From Bugula neritina (lineage: Eukaryota > Animalia > Bryozoa), in assembly GCA_964035545.1 (NCBI GenBank), contig OZ037773.1:711751-775750 (forward strand): a stretch of DNA of 64,000 bases, in the 5' to 3' direction. The notes under the pieces were generated by a model that saw nothing but the letters and a program-made list of their open reading frames with translations, did no database searches and was not told the DNA's origin. A program made the translations under genes and the position numbers. Below, piece after piece: positions 1 through 14,052 of the stretch (positions within the stretch are counted from its first letter, which is position 1; the number at the start of each line of letters is the position of its first letter).

Positions 1-2272
1 TGTTTAAGGCTCTTGTCTCAATTTCTGCAGACGGTCTCTGGCATGCCAAACCGTCAGCCCGACTTGAGCGCAGAGAGTCTGGATGATGTAGTCAACATTG
101 GGGCTTACCTCATACGTCTTCGCCGGTTCAATAAGCAGTAGCGGAAATGCAGGAGTGACAACCGTGCCAGACTTTTGGCGATAGTGGCCACATTCTCATG
201 CTCCTTGATAATTTGCTCTGTTGCCCTTTCCGATGAAGACTCGCAACTTGGTTTTACCTAAAGCCCGTCCCCTCGCCTCAACATGTTGGAGCGCCAGGAC
301 TAGCACCTTCATAATAAGGAAGTTTTTTTTCAGTCTTCCTTTTTTGTCACCACCTTGCTTTCCTTGTCAACAAAGCACTAGTTCTGGATCTAAAAACTAT
401 CTCACCAATGTGATAAACAGTGTATTGTTATTAGAACCTAAGTTAGGTGAACGTATGCTCTTTGTATTTGGAGATGAAAACAGAGTTTCAGTTGTTAAAA
501 GCTTTATTGGTCCACTCGGAGTAGGAGATACCAAGGTGAAGTTTCGGATAATCAGCCTTGGTGATAGTATAGTCCTCGAGCTCCAGCAGCAGGCTAAATC
601 TGCTGTAGAAAACTAACTTTTGTATACTCAGGAATTTCGACACCCACCGAATTTCTGAGCATTCTCAAATCGTAGTGTCGAGATTCAAGCCAGATCCGGA
701 AGACCAAATAAAATTTAGGCATCTGAAACATCCGAATCAGACATCTAATTTGGAATCGGAGTCCGACTCTGACGGGAGTGAACGCCCAAACCCAGTTCGG
801 ACGTACGAACCCCTTCCGAATCAAATATCTCGATGTCTAAATTTGAACTTGCATTAGATTAAAAATAACAAAAAAAATGGACTAAAAAATATAAAGACCA
901 CTCCCCAATTCTACTACAGTAAAAACATCGTCACTCACCATTATGGTCATGTTCAACTTGTTTACCTTCAATGATAATGAATAATGTAATTCAAATTAAC
1001 TTAATTATTATATATGATTAATATAACATTATTAATGATATTATCAATAATATTTATACTTAGAGTTACTGCACTGATTTTATGCTGTGATGAAATTGTA
1101 TAGTTGTTAAGTTACTGGGGGTTTATAAGAGATTACCGCTGCACCAAAAACATAACAGCTCTTTGCCAAAGAGTATGAGAGAGAAGATGAGATTTGCCAG
1201 TCAGATAAAAAACGTTGACTACCTGCTTATTATAGAGCCCAGGTCCGACTCTTTACAATATAATGTGACTACCAAATGTTAATTACAATAGTGTCTAATC
1301 ATAGAGACTATATCGTTACTAAGTGCAGCTTTGGTCCAACTCCCTATTTCAGGCAGTCTACCTCACTTATATATGAGTGGAATGCCTCGTCCTGGTGAGA
1401 CATTCAAATTTGGCCAAATTCGGACTTCCCTTAGAAAACTCATCAGGTCATATATCTTGCATTTATAACTAACCAATCGAAATCGAGTATATTGATACGG
1501 GTTGCTAGGCTTGGCGTGAGACATAATGTCATATAATTTGGCAATTTCTGTTATTGTGTGGGCCAGGCAAACGCACCACCATTCAGACTGGCGCACCTCA
1601 CCCATACATGAGGGAAGTAAAATGTTTTAGTGCATCAAGTGGTATTGCAGCTACGCTTGAGTTATGTTCCTTCCACACTTATATAATTGTAATTTATAGA
1701 TGTTATAATAGCTGTTGATATATGCTATATTCTTTTTGTTTATAGTTGACACACTTAACTTATATGCCTATTACTTTATTTTGCTTAAGGGTCTACACTA
1801 CATTTTTTCCTATTTTGTTTATCTAGGTATATATGCAAAGAGGTGCAGTGCAAAGTTGGTATGCTTAATTTATGGTTGCTTTCAGTAAATCCCTTATGCA
1901 AATAGCCAGATTTTTTATGTAGACGAATATTGATTTCAAGGTAGTTGAAAGTAAAACTAAAGTATTCAAACTTGATACCTATAGCTGCTAAATTCTGCTA
2001 GCTGTACTCTTGAGTCTTTATGTAAGTGCTATATGTACTAACTTGATCAAAAACGTTTCTATTCAAATGTTTTCTATGCACTGGTTTTCATTCTTTAAAT
2101 TCACCTTTTTAACATTTGCTTTCATAAGTTTCTTTTAGTTTAGCATTTATTCATCTCCAGTGGTAATTAGGTTCATTAATTAGTGTTAATTGGCAGGTGA
2201 CTTAGCTAATATAAATATTAGTATATAAGCCAATATTTATGCTGTCTACTATAATTTTTTAATTTTAGAAAA

Positions 2273-5200
2273 ATGAAACTTCTCTGGATAACTATTTTCA
2301 AAGTATTACTAGCATCTAGCTACACCCTTGGTGAGTTAATACTGTTGTAGTTTTGTGCACTACTCTTGAGAGCTTTATTGCGTGCTCAATAATTACTGCA
2401 TATCCATTGCGAGGTTATGTGGAGAACTGAACCAGTTGATTGTTTAACGAAAGAACTGTATTAGTATTTCAATTACGCACAATAAAAATCATATATAAGT
2501 ATAAAAGAGTAAAGAGTACAATCAGTGAATGCTGCGGAAGGTTAACCTACCTACTTGACTACCAACGTCTAGACTGGGGTGGGCACCAGGAGCTATTGTT
2601 TATATATACGTGGGGTTGATCCTGATTGGATAAGACATGGTTCCGGAGATGTCACCGTAGAAAGTAGTGCGGTGCCGGACGGGAAGCGGCATGACTAGCA
2701 ATGTTGTCGTCCTAGTTGCACCATAACATATTGTAAGTGTTTAGCAGGGGGTACTGAGGGGTAGCCTATATTTCCCCAACCACCACAATACTTCTGAAGA
2801 TAATACCTCCAGTGTTTGTTAAGTCTGATTTTTACCTTTAAAGAATTTTTGTATCTAGACAGCTCTATTTCTTTCAGATATGATTCTTATGCTCGCACAA
2901 CTGTAAATAATGAAATACCTTGTTATAACTTGTGTTTGAGAAATTCTAATGTGGCTGCTAGTTAGTTTAACTTTTTGTTGTCATTGTTTCTTTTATACAC
3001 CTACCAAAGGTCATAGGTCATAGGCCATAGGTCATGCAGTATTCCTTAGTCAAATCTATTTTCCGTCTTGAGAATTATCATGCTCACTCGACTTGTATAC
3101 ATTTTTCGTTAGTGATTGCAGTGTTACATAAAGTCGAAATGAGTCAAGCTAAAATTATTTTTACATTTCCACAAATGGTGTAGTGATGAGCTAAACTGTT
3201 AAAACTATTTATGTTTAGCTCAACCATCTACAGAGATGGACTACACTACTACAAGCTCACCAGACTTCTATAAAGATGAGAAGATAATTTTCACATGTGA
3301 GGCAGCAGGTTATACTAATCTCTTAATCTTACGGTTACAATATGAAGCTGATGGAGACAGTACAGTCTACAGAAGTGGATGTGGTGCTAGTATTGAGGAT
3401 AACACAGTATGGGAGAGTGCACCATCTCCAGAGATTATTACTGTCTCTGGAATAGAAGGACCAAGAGTCAGTGATGCATATTGTAACTCAGTTGGTAAAC
3501 CTGAAGGGTTCACTCTTTCTGTACAACTTACTGTAACTGATTCATCAATCAAAGGGAAGCTCTACTGTAAAGGGTTTGAAGGAGGCGGTGCCGGAGAAAT
3601 TCTCTCCTCAGAAGTTTCAGTGGAAGTCAAAGGTTAATTCTCCAAATTAATTTTTTTCTAACTGATTGTCTTCAAATAACACTTCAACGGTTTCTGGAAC
3701 AACTAGTCACAGCTTTTAACAAACCTTCAATTGTTTCATTATAGAATATAATTCAACTGTTCCCATGATTGATAACGGTTAGTTGCGTCAAAATATAATA
3801 TTTGGTATCCATATTGGGTAGGGGCTAACTTTCTGTCCAATCACTTATGAAAATCTCCGGTGCACATGCACTGTTTGGCTACTGTTTTTATGGTCAGAAT
3901 TACAGTGTTGCAATATGTTTCTATTCAAATTCACTTTGTATAGTTACAGGTCACTAATTAAAATTTAGCACATGGTTTTTTCTGCAGCCCTAATCTGATT
4001 TACAATATATCTCAATACACCTATATTTGAGAATTTATTATGCTGTAAACTCCTGGTCCTGTTTTTACTCACCAGTTGCACCCACTAACATATCACTTGA
4101 TGCACCAAAAACTATAAAGGAAGGAACAGAGTTTACTTTTGGTTGTACCTCTAAAGGAGCAGATCCTGTGTCGGTCTATGAATACAGTAAGTATTGTATA
4201 GTAGAATTGTGGGTTCAAAATAAATTAGTAAGAGAACATAATCCATTTGTATTGTGAGAAATAAGAGAGGTTTCATGGTTGAGAATAAAAAAGCCTTCAT
4301 TGTAATATAGATATTTTCTTCGTCTATGAGCTCTAGCTGTAGACTGAACTGTTGATTAACAATCTGCAATTAAACTAATTAAGAGATAATCATTCATCAA
4401 ACAATTTAGAGTTGTCTTCACTTGTATCATGGTTTATTTTTACTCCATTACATTACGTCCCTGTTCTTCCTGTAACATGGTTGTTAGAATAAAACATATT
4501 TCTATCACTCATAAATATTCCTATTCTCATTGCATAATATTACATTATTTAAATTACATGATCCTAGGAGAATATCTAAAACTTTCTTTTTGTTAACATG
4601 GCACACAAATCAACATGAGCTACAACTGCGAGTTGGCCTCTTTATATAGTAATAAAAAAGTTTGTTCTAGAAACTTCCACCAATCCTAGGCGAAGGCAAT
4701 AAACCCTTTTCAGAGGTTCCGATATCCGCTTTACAATTAAGAGTTATGTCCTCCCAAAGTGAATAGGTTGAAACTTTTTTATAAAAAGCAAACTGAATAA
4801 CAATTAGGATGCTACTTAAAATTTCAAGTATTCTATAGAATTGTGTTTTGGATATAAATATTTTGGTATAATCACACACATTTGCAGTTTAAAAACTTTT
4901 TCAAAAATATGTTTTATGAAGTGATTGAAAAACAAACTTAAAAGCATTTTTTGTGGTTTTAGCTACTGAGAAATGCTGAAGAAACACTTCAGCATTGCTC
5001 AGCAACCAAATCCACAAAAAATGAGTTCAAGTTTACTTTATTCAACACTTTTGATTTTGGGGTAACACAACTCTTACTTGCAAAGGGAGACATTGGGGAC
5101 TTCTAAAAAGGGGTGTGACTAAAATGGGTGGCCACCCGGTGTCGCGGTCCGTGACACCCATTTTAGTAATAAGGGGGGGTTTTGACTAAAATGGGTGTCG

Positions 5201-8200
5201 CGAACAATTTTCGTTTTATTTTCAGATTTTTAGACAGCTGTGACTGTTAAGATTATTGTTAAATAAAGCTTCAGTGGATAATGAACATTTCACAATCGTT
5301 TAAACCAAAAACATGAATAAATAATTATTAAATTAAATTAATTTCAACAAAAAAACAAACTCATCGAGAGTTATCTTTCCTCATCAAAATTTAATTTTCA
5401 CTTAATTTTACTGTTATCGTTATGATCATAGACATGCTAACTTATGTAAACATATACTTTAAATTATTAAAAGCGTTTTGAGCAATATTAACAAACAAAA
5501 ATGTCTACAAAATCTGAAAATAAAACTAAAAATATTTGCGACACCCAATTTTGTCCAGAATGACTAAAATGGGTGTCACAAGATTTTTTTATTTGCATTT
5601 AGCATTGAGGATAGATATAATTTTACACTTGACATCATTAAACTGCTTTTGCATTTTTACACTAACTTAGCTAATTAAAAAGCTACGAAACTGCGTCATA
5701 GGATAAATAAGATTAAAGTCATTGTAAAAACCTTTAGGGTCAAAAATTAGGGGGTGTTGCGAAGAATTCAATACATGTATTTTAATTTAATTTCATGGTT
5801 ATTTTTCTGTTTCTAGACATACTGACTAATGAACCATATACTTTAAACTAGTAAAAATACTGAGAGCAATATTAACAAAAAAATGCTCACAAAATGTGAA
5901 AATAAAACTAAAAAGGGTCTGTTCAATAATGAATAATAATCATTACCTACATACTACCTTATCCGTTTTGTCAAAAATCCTTATAATGATATTAAAATAG
6001 AAACAATTCAGCAATTCAGTGCTGATTTTATAGCCACAGGACATTTTTTTAAATTTCACTTTTGAAAATTACACATTAGTCATTCCTAAGTAAAGCTACT
6101 GAGGAATTCTGATTGTAAATAGTATCTATAGTCTTAATTTTTTTCTGGTAAAATTTTTTGACCTAAATTTAAAAATTCAGTATGCAGGGACATGTTTTAT
6201 TTATCAGAGGTAAATGGTAACACAGTGGATGGAAAGTATACTCCTACTGAGACAGATAGAGCTGGACTAACTTTATCCTGTACAGATACAAAACATTCTA
6301 ACTGGAAGGGAGGAAATACTGAACAAACTGTTGCCATCACACCACAATGTAAGCACTATGAATTGATTAACATCCGCTTGAGTGTGGAAATTATAAATCG
6401 TAATGTGGTGGCTCGTGGAGCTACCAGCAGCACAATACGCAAGGTCGCGTATTGACCCGGATTTATATACCCAGCCAATTAGCTAAGTTGATATAAATAG
6501 CAGTAGTTAGCTTCGCGCTACTAGCCAGTTGAGGATAATGCAGTAAATTAAATAGACGTGCGTATTGTTAACTGTTGTATATCAGATTTTATTATGTATC
6601 TTTGTATCTAAATATAACAATATCTACTCGACTTATCACGGTGAAGTTTCTCTAGCAATACATTAGACTCTCTTGGTGGCACATCGACCCTAATTCTAAA
6701 AATCATAACAGTGGTGGCAGCAGTGGGATAGTGTACATCAAAGATGGAGACTGAAAATGTTAGAATGCAACCACCCACAGTAGAAGGTGAGCGTAGAAAC
6801 GATATTAATCCTGTGAATCATGTGGGAGAAGAAGCTTATAGATACTGCTTGAAAGCCCCCACCTTTACTGGGTCAGAAGATGTCGAACAATTTATACAAG
6901 AGTTTAAAGAAGTAATGGAGATTGCTCAATGGCCGCACAGAGTGGCCCTTATCCAATTGCGGAGAGCGTTGACGGAACAAGCCAAGCCGTACGGAGTAGG
7001 AATGAATGTAGACGGGATATTGGCCGCGTTTCGGGCCCGTTTTGGCATCTCCGCAATAGACGCCAGGACCAAGCTACAGAGGTTGTGCCGAGCCCCGCGG
7101 ACCTCGCTGCAAGAACATGCCGCGACGGTGAAGAAGCTGGCACAGATTGCATATGGTGATCTACCAGCACAACACCAAGAGCGTTACACCTACGACGCCT
7201 TTGTCCAGTCCCTAAACGACCTGGGCCTACACCATCAACTACGAGCTAAGGGGATAACCAGAATAGAGGATGCCCTGAAGGCTGGAGAAGCTTACCTGTT
7301 GGCTACCCAAATGCATCAAGCGCAACGGAACCCACCAGCATTTGGAGTCAGTGCTGCCAGAGCTACGACAGGCCCCGAAGCCCCCCTCTGGAAGCCGAAG
7401 TGGACCGTATGGTAGAAATGCTGGGACAGCTGGTAACGATTCTGGCCGGCGCTGGCCCCGGCCAGGCCCTGCAGTTGCCCCCAACACCTGTAAGAAAGAA
7501 AGACGGCAGTTGGCGGTTCTGTGTGGATTACCGCAAACTCAATAGCGTAACCATACAGGACGCCTACCCTCTACCTCGTATTGACGAGTCATTGGACGCC
7601 CTAGCCGGCAGCAAGTACTTCAGTACGTTAGACTTGCTGAGTGGCTATTGGCAAGTCCCTCTGAGTCCCGACGCCCAGGAGAAAGCGGCGTTTATCACAC
7701 GGGACGGGTTGTGGAGGTGGAAGGTGCTGCCTTTCGGGTTAACCTCCGCCCCAGCCACCTTCCAGAGGCTGATGGAGCAAGTCCTTAGCGGACTCCATTG
7801 GAAGACACTGCTGGTCTACCTCGATGATGTCATCGTGATCTCCCCAGACTTCGGGACGCATGTCAGTCGTCTGCAGGAGGTCTTCGAGAGACTCTGAGGT
7901 GCCGGTCTTAAGCTGAAACCTTACAAGTGCGCTCTATTGCAGCCGGAGGTCAAGTACCTGGGGCACGTTGTCGGTCGAAACGGCGTGGCAACGGATCCCG
8001 AAAAGATACGGGCGATAAAAGACTGGGTCACCCCCCAAGACTTGACCGGACTCCGGGCCTTCTTGGAGCTGGTAGGGTATTACAGGCAATACATACCAGA
8101 CTTTGCGGGCATAGCACAGCCGTTAAACCGGCTCACCGCAAAGGGAGTGACGTGGCAGTGGACCCCAGTCGAACAAGAAGCGTTCGATCGCCTCAAGGGC

Positions 8201-11200
8201 TGCCTACTAACGGCGCCTATCTTGGCCTACCCAGACCCCACTCTGGAGTACATCCTCGACACTGACGCCAGTGACCAAAATGTTGGCGCTGTGCTGTCAC
8301 AAGTGCAGGAAGGCCGAGAAGTAGTAGTAGCCTATTACAGTAAGTCTCTCTCACCCGCTGAACGAAATTACTGCACTACCCGCAAGGAGCTGCTGGCAGT
8401 AATCAAGTCGGTGAAGCACTTCAGACCATACTTATACGGCAGGAAGTTCCGGCTGCGTACGGATCATGCCTCGCTGATCTGGTTGTGCAAGAGAGCAGAG
8501 CCCTCCAGTCAGGTCGCCCGGTGGCTCGAAATCCTAGCTGAATTCTTATACCGGATCGAACATCGACCGGGCAAGAGACACAGCAATGCGGATGGTTTGA
8601 GCCGCTGACCTGATGGAGGTTGTAAACAGTGTCTCAATATCGAGGGGAGGGATGGAGGTCCCCCGCGATGCGAGTTGGAGACGCTGGCTCACCACGGAGC
8701 ACCGTTTGACTGGGACCAGGGTCAACTCAGACAGGAGGTTGACGAGTCCCCGGAGGTTGTACAAAACCTCTGCGCCAACCCTGTACTGGCCGATAATGTC
8801 CGAGAGCTGAAGAAGCTCCAAGAAGAGCTGCCTGGAGTAGTGGCAGACATATATCGGGCCAAAAGGGAAGGGCGACGACCCAGCGAGGAACGCATACGAC
8901 TGGGATGCGCCGAATTCCGGCTATACTGTCAGCGTTGGGACTCGCTGCGGATCGGGCAGGATGGGTTACTGACCATCTCTCTAGCTGCCAGCGGCAGACA
9001 CCCAGAGAGGAAGAGGGTAGTCTGTCCCACTGCCATCCGCCGTGAGTTGATTTAGGACACTCACAAACAGGCCCACGCAGGGGTCAAGAGGGTGATCTCC
9101 AAATTACGACTCCGGTGGTATTGGCCACAAATGGAGCGGGACGTCCGACTCAAAGTCAAACAGTGTGAGATCTGCCAGGCCAGTAAGCATGGCCGTCTCC
9201 CTGGTGAAGCGGGACGGCGGAGGCTATATGCTGGTAGGCCCTGGCAAGTAGTCGCTGTAGACCTGGTCAGACCCATGCCCCTGACCCCCAGAGGCAATAG
9301 TTGGATCTTAGTACTGACCGACCACTTTACTAGGTGGGCGGATGCTTTGGCTATCCCAGATGCGTCAGCCCCAACAGTGGCCAGGGTACTAGACCAACAT
9401 GTATTCTGCTATTTCGGTCTCCCCGAACAGATACACTCTGATCAAGGCGCTCAATTCCAGTCCCAACTGATGAGCGACCTTTGCCGCCTCTGGGGAGTAA
9501 ATCAGAGCAGGACCACCCCATATCACCCACAAGGTAATGGGGTGGTGGAGCGCAACAACCGGATGCTAGGTGTTGCGCTCCGGAGTCTCCTGCTCGGACG
9601 CAGCCAAGAGGAATGGGACACGATGTTGCCGCAAGTCATGCGTGCCTACCGTAGCACCCCACACACCAGTACTGGTGAAACCCCAAACCTCTTGATGCTC
9701 GGGAAAGAGAGACCCGCGTCCCTGACCATCTTACCTACCACGTTCCAGAGCAAGACAACTCAGTTCACGAGTATGCCAGTGAACTAGTGGAACGGATAAA
9801 GGTCGCACACGAAACGCTGCGCAAACAGCAGTGGAAAGTGCGTCACGAAGATTCTGAGGAACCACCTCTCTATCAAAAGGGAGATAAGGTTTGGATGGTC
9901 AATTACCGTAGGCGTCGCGGACAGGCGGCTAAGTTACAGCCTAAGTTCGTGGGACCCTACGTGATCGTCGAGGCTATGCCTAACCATACGTACAAGATTG
10001 AGCGCTCAGGACAGGTGTCTATCCAGGATGAGTCTCGCTTGAAGCCGTATTGGGCTAGCCCCGACGCGGTGGGAGAAGCCCCCTCGTTGTTGGAGCCCAG
10101 GAGGCAGACAACAACACGCGGGCGACGGCGGCATGGACCTGAATATGAAGTGGTCATACGCGGGAGGAAAACTTGGTGAGAGAAGAACGACAGCTTTTGC
10201 CCACAGAAGCGTGTCCGCCGCCGCCAAGTCTAATTCCATCACTTCCAGAAACCGAGCTGGTTCCGGAAGTGCAAACCCCCATAGAGGGAGGGGCTCTATT
10301 CGGAGAACAAGAAGAGGTGACCGCTAATGGTGAAGTAGAGACGCCATTAGAGGCCCCTACTAATAAACTGGCGAGCGTGTCACCCCCCCTAGAACGGGGA
10401 CAGCGTACGAGGAAACCCCCACCATATTTAAAAGACTTCGTATGTGACTGCATTAAAAGCGGCACGCATGAAAGTCTAGGGGAAAACCGTACGGTGAAAT
10501 GTTGGAGTTGTGAACCCCACGCAAATATCAACTTTTGCGAGGGCGGAATAGTGGGAGGAATTAATGCGCGTAAAGTAAATAGTTCCGACCTCGTGCCTCA
10601 AAAACGATGCCCAGCCTTATCTTACGCTGACATCGCCAAAGGCAGACGTACTTCACAACTAGCTCCAACCTTACCAAGAACGTTGAGTATGGACATTAAT
10701 ACCGAGTTCACAGGTAAGCCAGTATAAGTCTTGTATTCCTATCCATGGAAAAAGGCTCGATGCCAGTAAATTCTGAACTAATTCATCAGATTAAATCAGA
10801 ATTACTGAGAACCACGTTTCACGTGAATGACGACGAGGACACTGTAATGGCCGACGGTTTGTTAGACCTGGAGCTAGACACTGTTCTTGGTCAGTCCACA
10901 CATGATTCACTGGTCTCTCGAGTGCATTCTAAAAGTTGTGACTCTCAGACTAGTAACAGTCGACAGTCACTAGAATTATGTTGTAAAGATCCACCGCGTT
11001 CTAACAATAATTCTGCTTTTGTAGACACACTCGCGCCCGTCTCTCCGGGCATGCCTTCCCTAGAGATGGCGTGAGACCCGGAGCCGGCCCCACCAACTTC
11101 CACAACCAAACAACTGCCACCCCAGCTAGAAGCAACCTCTAACTGGACTACCCCTGCCACAGAGACAGAAATTAAGAAACATAGAGGGGATGACAGTAAC

Positions 11201-12941
11201 CGCGAGTGCCGGCTATGTCAACAGCGGTTTACAACTCATCGTAGACTGAGAGTCCACTTGCCACAGCATTATATCACGACGTTCTGCCCCTGCGGGGAAT
11301 ATAGTTACAATCGAGATTATCTACTGCGTCATCAACGCACCATGCATTGCTTTCAGGGACACGTATACGACGTAGATAAATCATCGTACCCCGCATTCCT
11401 TGAAGCTATCAGACCTCTCATCACCGACCCAGCTCGGCTGTCTTGCCTGGAGCAAGGCTTTCCCTCTCCTTGACCTATCATCTCTGAACCCCTGGATAAG
11501 CCTACAAAATCATCTAACCCCCACCTCTCAGTTTCCTACGTCAACCGCATACACTTCCCCGTGTTGTACTACAGAGGGTAGACACGAAGGAGTACACACT
11601 CCCTCCCACACTTCCATCCTCAGAACGAAAAAGACACCGGCAACAGCAGACCTTCTCCCGCTCATCCCCCCCTAGCCCGCAACCTACGAGAAGTAGAGAC
11701 GAGGGCAAACGACCTGGAGCAAGAAGTATACAGACTAGCCCCCCCCCCCCCCGCATTCATGCCGCATCCAGTGAACTCCGGTCGCTACAGGAGTCCATCA
11801 AACGTATGAAACGAGCGGCCCAAGATTAACATGAGTTTCCTCTCCAACTTCCATCTCACTCCTCCACTACCTCTCTGTGGCATTCCCTACCGTTACGGTG
11901 GCACGTACTCTACATGTAGATAGGACTTATTAATCACTTAGTATCATTTCATTGTGCATATTCTTTTATACATATATATCTAACCAGTTGGCTCTTGTAT
12001 ATACTTTTTATATTGTTTCTCTCATAGCCCACTGATGTACAAGTTTTTATGTGTGAATTGTATTTTTTTCATATCAGAAAGAGGGCTTTCTGCTGGTGGG
12101 GGCGGTGTGGTGGCTCGTGGAGCTACCAGCAGCACAATACGCAAGGTCGCGTATTGACCCAGCCAATTAGCTAAGTTGATATAAATAGCAGTAGTTAGCT
12201 TCGCGCTACTAGCCAGTTGAGGATAATGCAGTAAATTAAATAGACGTGCGTATTGTTAACTGTTGTATATCAGATTTTATTATGTATCTTTGTATCTAAA
12301 TATAACAATATCTACTCGACTTATCACGGTGAAGTTTCTCTAGCAATACATTAGACTCTCTTGGTGGCACATCGACCCTAATTCTGAAAATCATAACAAT
12401 AACATGTAATGTGTTCTAGACATTTTAATTTTTTCAGACTTAGCTAAAAGGCCTGGAGTTCAAGATCCAATTGTGAAAGAACTCAACCCTGGACAACCTG
12501 ATGCTAGACTAGATTGCAGCCAACATGTGGATGCCAACCCACCACTCTCTACGTTCACTTGGACATATAATAGAGTTGTGACAACTGAATTATCCAATGA
12601 GCTGACTCTAATTTCTCGGACAAACGGTGTAACAGAAACAGCTGAATGTACAGCTGAAAATGGCTTATGTAAGAATTCGCACTCATAAATGAATAAAAAT
12701 TCTAGATGTTTTTAATTTGCCTACGTTAGTTTTAGATGTTTTCTAAGTTTCATCTTTTTTTCAAAATTTCTCTAAATTCGTTTCAGCAAAGACAGTGACT
12801 ATCAAATGGAACATAATGTGGGATGATACTGCCACATTACCTACTACAACTACTGTGAACAAGGGAGGTCTGATAGGTGGCATGGTTTCTACTTTCATTG
12901 CTGTGATAGTTGCAGTAGTAGTCTCAGTACTGGTTAGATAA
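2273..12941 (+). CDS. Immunoglobulin-superfamily type I membrane protein (signal peptide, V-like domain, two C2/I-like domains, TM; nectin/CADM-like architecture), ~369 aa
   Basis: Phase-compatible GT-AG exons: 2273-2330 ([19 protein letters not shown] signal peptide), 3219-3632 (FTCEAAG...GKLYCKG), 4076-4186 plus 6208-6348 ([10 protein letters not shown]...LTLSCTD), 12438-12668 ([15 protein letters not shown]...AECTAENG) and 12787-12941 (Thr-rich stalk, [26 protein letters not shown], then TAA). All introns are phase 1, as is typical of IgSF genes. Confidence 0.85.
5105..5915. mobile_element. Degenerate non-autonomous DNA transposon remnant with multiple subterminal repeats
   Basis: Repeated GACTAAAATGGGTG(TC) motifs in both orientations (about 5117, 5151 inverted, 5184, 5562). 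Inverted similarity between ~5184-5232 and ~5510-5555. No clear TSD. Confidence 0.4.
6404..6710 (+). repeat. 5' LTR (307 bp) of Gypsy element 1
   Basis: Matches 12106-12398 except for a 14-bp indel (ggatttatataccc) and one substitution seen by eye. Confidence 0.97.
6744..10727 (+). pseudogene. Disrupted gag-pol of Gypsy element 1 (gag fused to a truncated RT; RNase H; integrase with GPY/F motif)
   Basis: gag at 6744-~7490; RT YLDD in ORF 7400-7897; RNase H DTDASD...TDH in 7937-8608; integrase HHCC/DDE in 9061-9787; GPY at ~9950. Broken by stops (7895, 8606, 9053) and frameshifts. Protease and RT N-terminus are absent. Confidence 0.93.
10745..11829 (+). pseudogene. Accessory ORF3 of Gypsy element 1: C2H2 zinc-finger protein with C-terminal coiled-coil-like segment
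   Basis: The frame continues through the TGA at 11072 into [49 protein letters not shown]. After further disruption it ends [15 protein letters not shown]...[19 protein letters not shown]. Confidence 0.65.
12106..12398 (+). repeat. 3' LTR (293 bp) of Gypsy element 1
   Basis: Direct repeat of 6404-6710. Confidence 0.97.
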
Positions 12942-14052
12942 TTAAAAGGTATGTTTTTGTTATCCATTGCTAGAATTATAATAAATTATTATAAAAGGTT
13001 TTCAGTGCTAACTCATACATTGCATTAAATGTAGTTAAATTCTGACGCTTTTGACACCTGAGCAAAAATAATAGGATATGACAAACTGTTGAAAACAAAC
13101 AATATTCAATTGCCTACTATCACAGAAGATCTGCTTGCCTGATATTGTTCAACTAGCTCGCCCTTGAGTTTTACTCTAACCGTCCAAAAAATCAACAGTA
13201 CATTACTGAAACTAGTAACCGGTACATTACTGAGACTGGTGACAGAGATTCAAACATGTAATAATACCTATACCACAACAATAAAGCAAGTGACCAAATG
13301 TAATTGGTCACTTGAGTTTTACTCATTTCGCTCAAGTGGTATAATTATGAAATTAGAAAATCTCATTAGTGTGGTTTTAATCCAACCTGTTTTGTCCCAT
13401 TTAGTTTCGGATTGTCAAGCTTTCATTGTCTCTTTGATACCATTTCAGTATCCTGATTATTAACTTGTACTGGACTTCTTCATAAGTATTCCTCCACTTT
13501 TGACAACATTTAAGTTCAGTCACTTCTATTTCTATGTGCATTGTTTGTAATTTAATTGAGGTTAATTCATTTGATATTGCAGCCAAATTATTAACTGAAA
13601 GTATAATGCTCTTCAGTTGTATAACTTTGCATTTATCAGCTCTTTTGAACAGTATTGTTTTCACTGGTTACAGCTTGCTCCATTCAAATGTAACCATGTA
13701 ACATTAGGCTTCAAACTTTTCAACCAGCTCAACTATACACTGCATTTTCATGACTGCTCATTATGTGAATGAATGCCCTTCCGGATTATTTGTGGTTTTC
13801 ATTAACTTATAGTTGGGGTTTCATTCGATGTAACTGTTTCCATTGGCCAATTGAGAAAATCCATTAGCATAATGTGATAAGGGAAACATAGTAATAGGCT
13901 GTGTGTCTTATTAGCAGTAGAAGTCAACAGTAATGCTCTGGACTGCAGAACAGAAAGTTCAACTGTTTATGGAGCTTGTGCACAAAATGTATTATCAAAC
14001 AATTGTTTCTGTGTGTTACATTTCCTTGAGATAACATTGTTGTCATTTGCAG

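Larger units (their letters stand above)
6404..12398 (+). mobile_element. Gypsy/Ty3 LTR retrotransposon, internally deleted and defective, inserted in intron 4 of the Ig gene
   Basis: TG...CA LTRs at 6404-6710 and 12106-12398. PBS TGGTGGCAGCAGTGGGAT (tRNA-Leu-like) at 6712-6729. G-rich PPT before 12106. Imperfect 4-bp TSD gtaa/ataa. Domain order gag-RT-RNaseH-integrase. Confidence 0.97.

Noticed and set aside
1-860. GC-richer segment with ORF 221-616 and TTCGGA-like repeats at 670-830
   Set aside because: No recognisable domain, and no consistent splice structure linking it to a gene; probably decayed repeat sequence.
10745-11829. env gene interpretation of ORF3
   Set aside because: No signal peptide or transmembrane segment; it contains zinc fingers instead.
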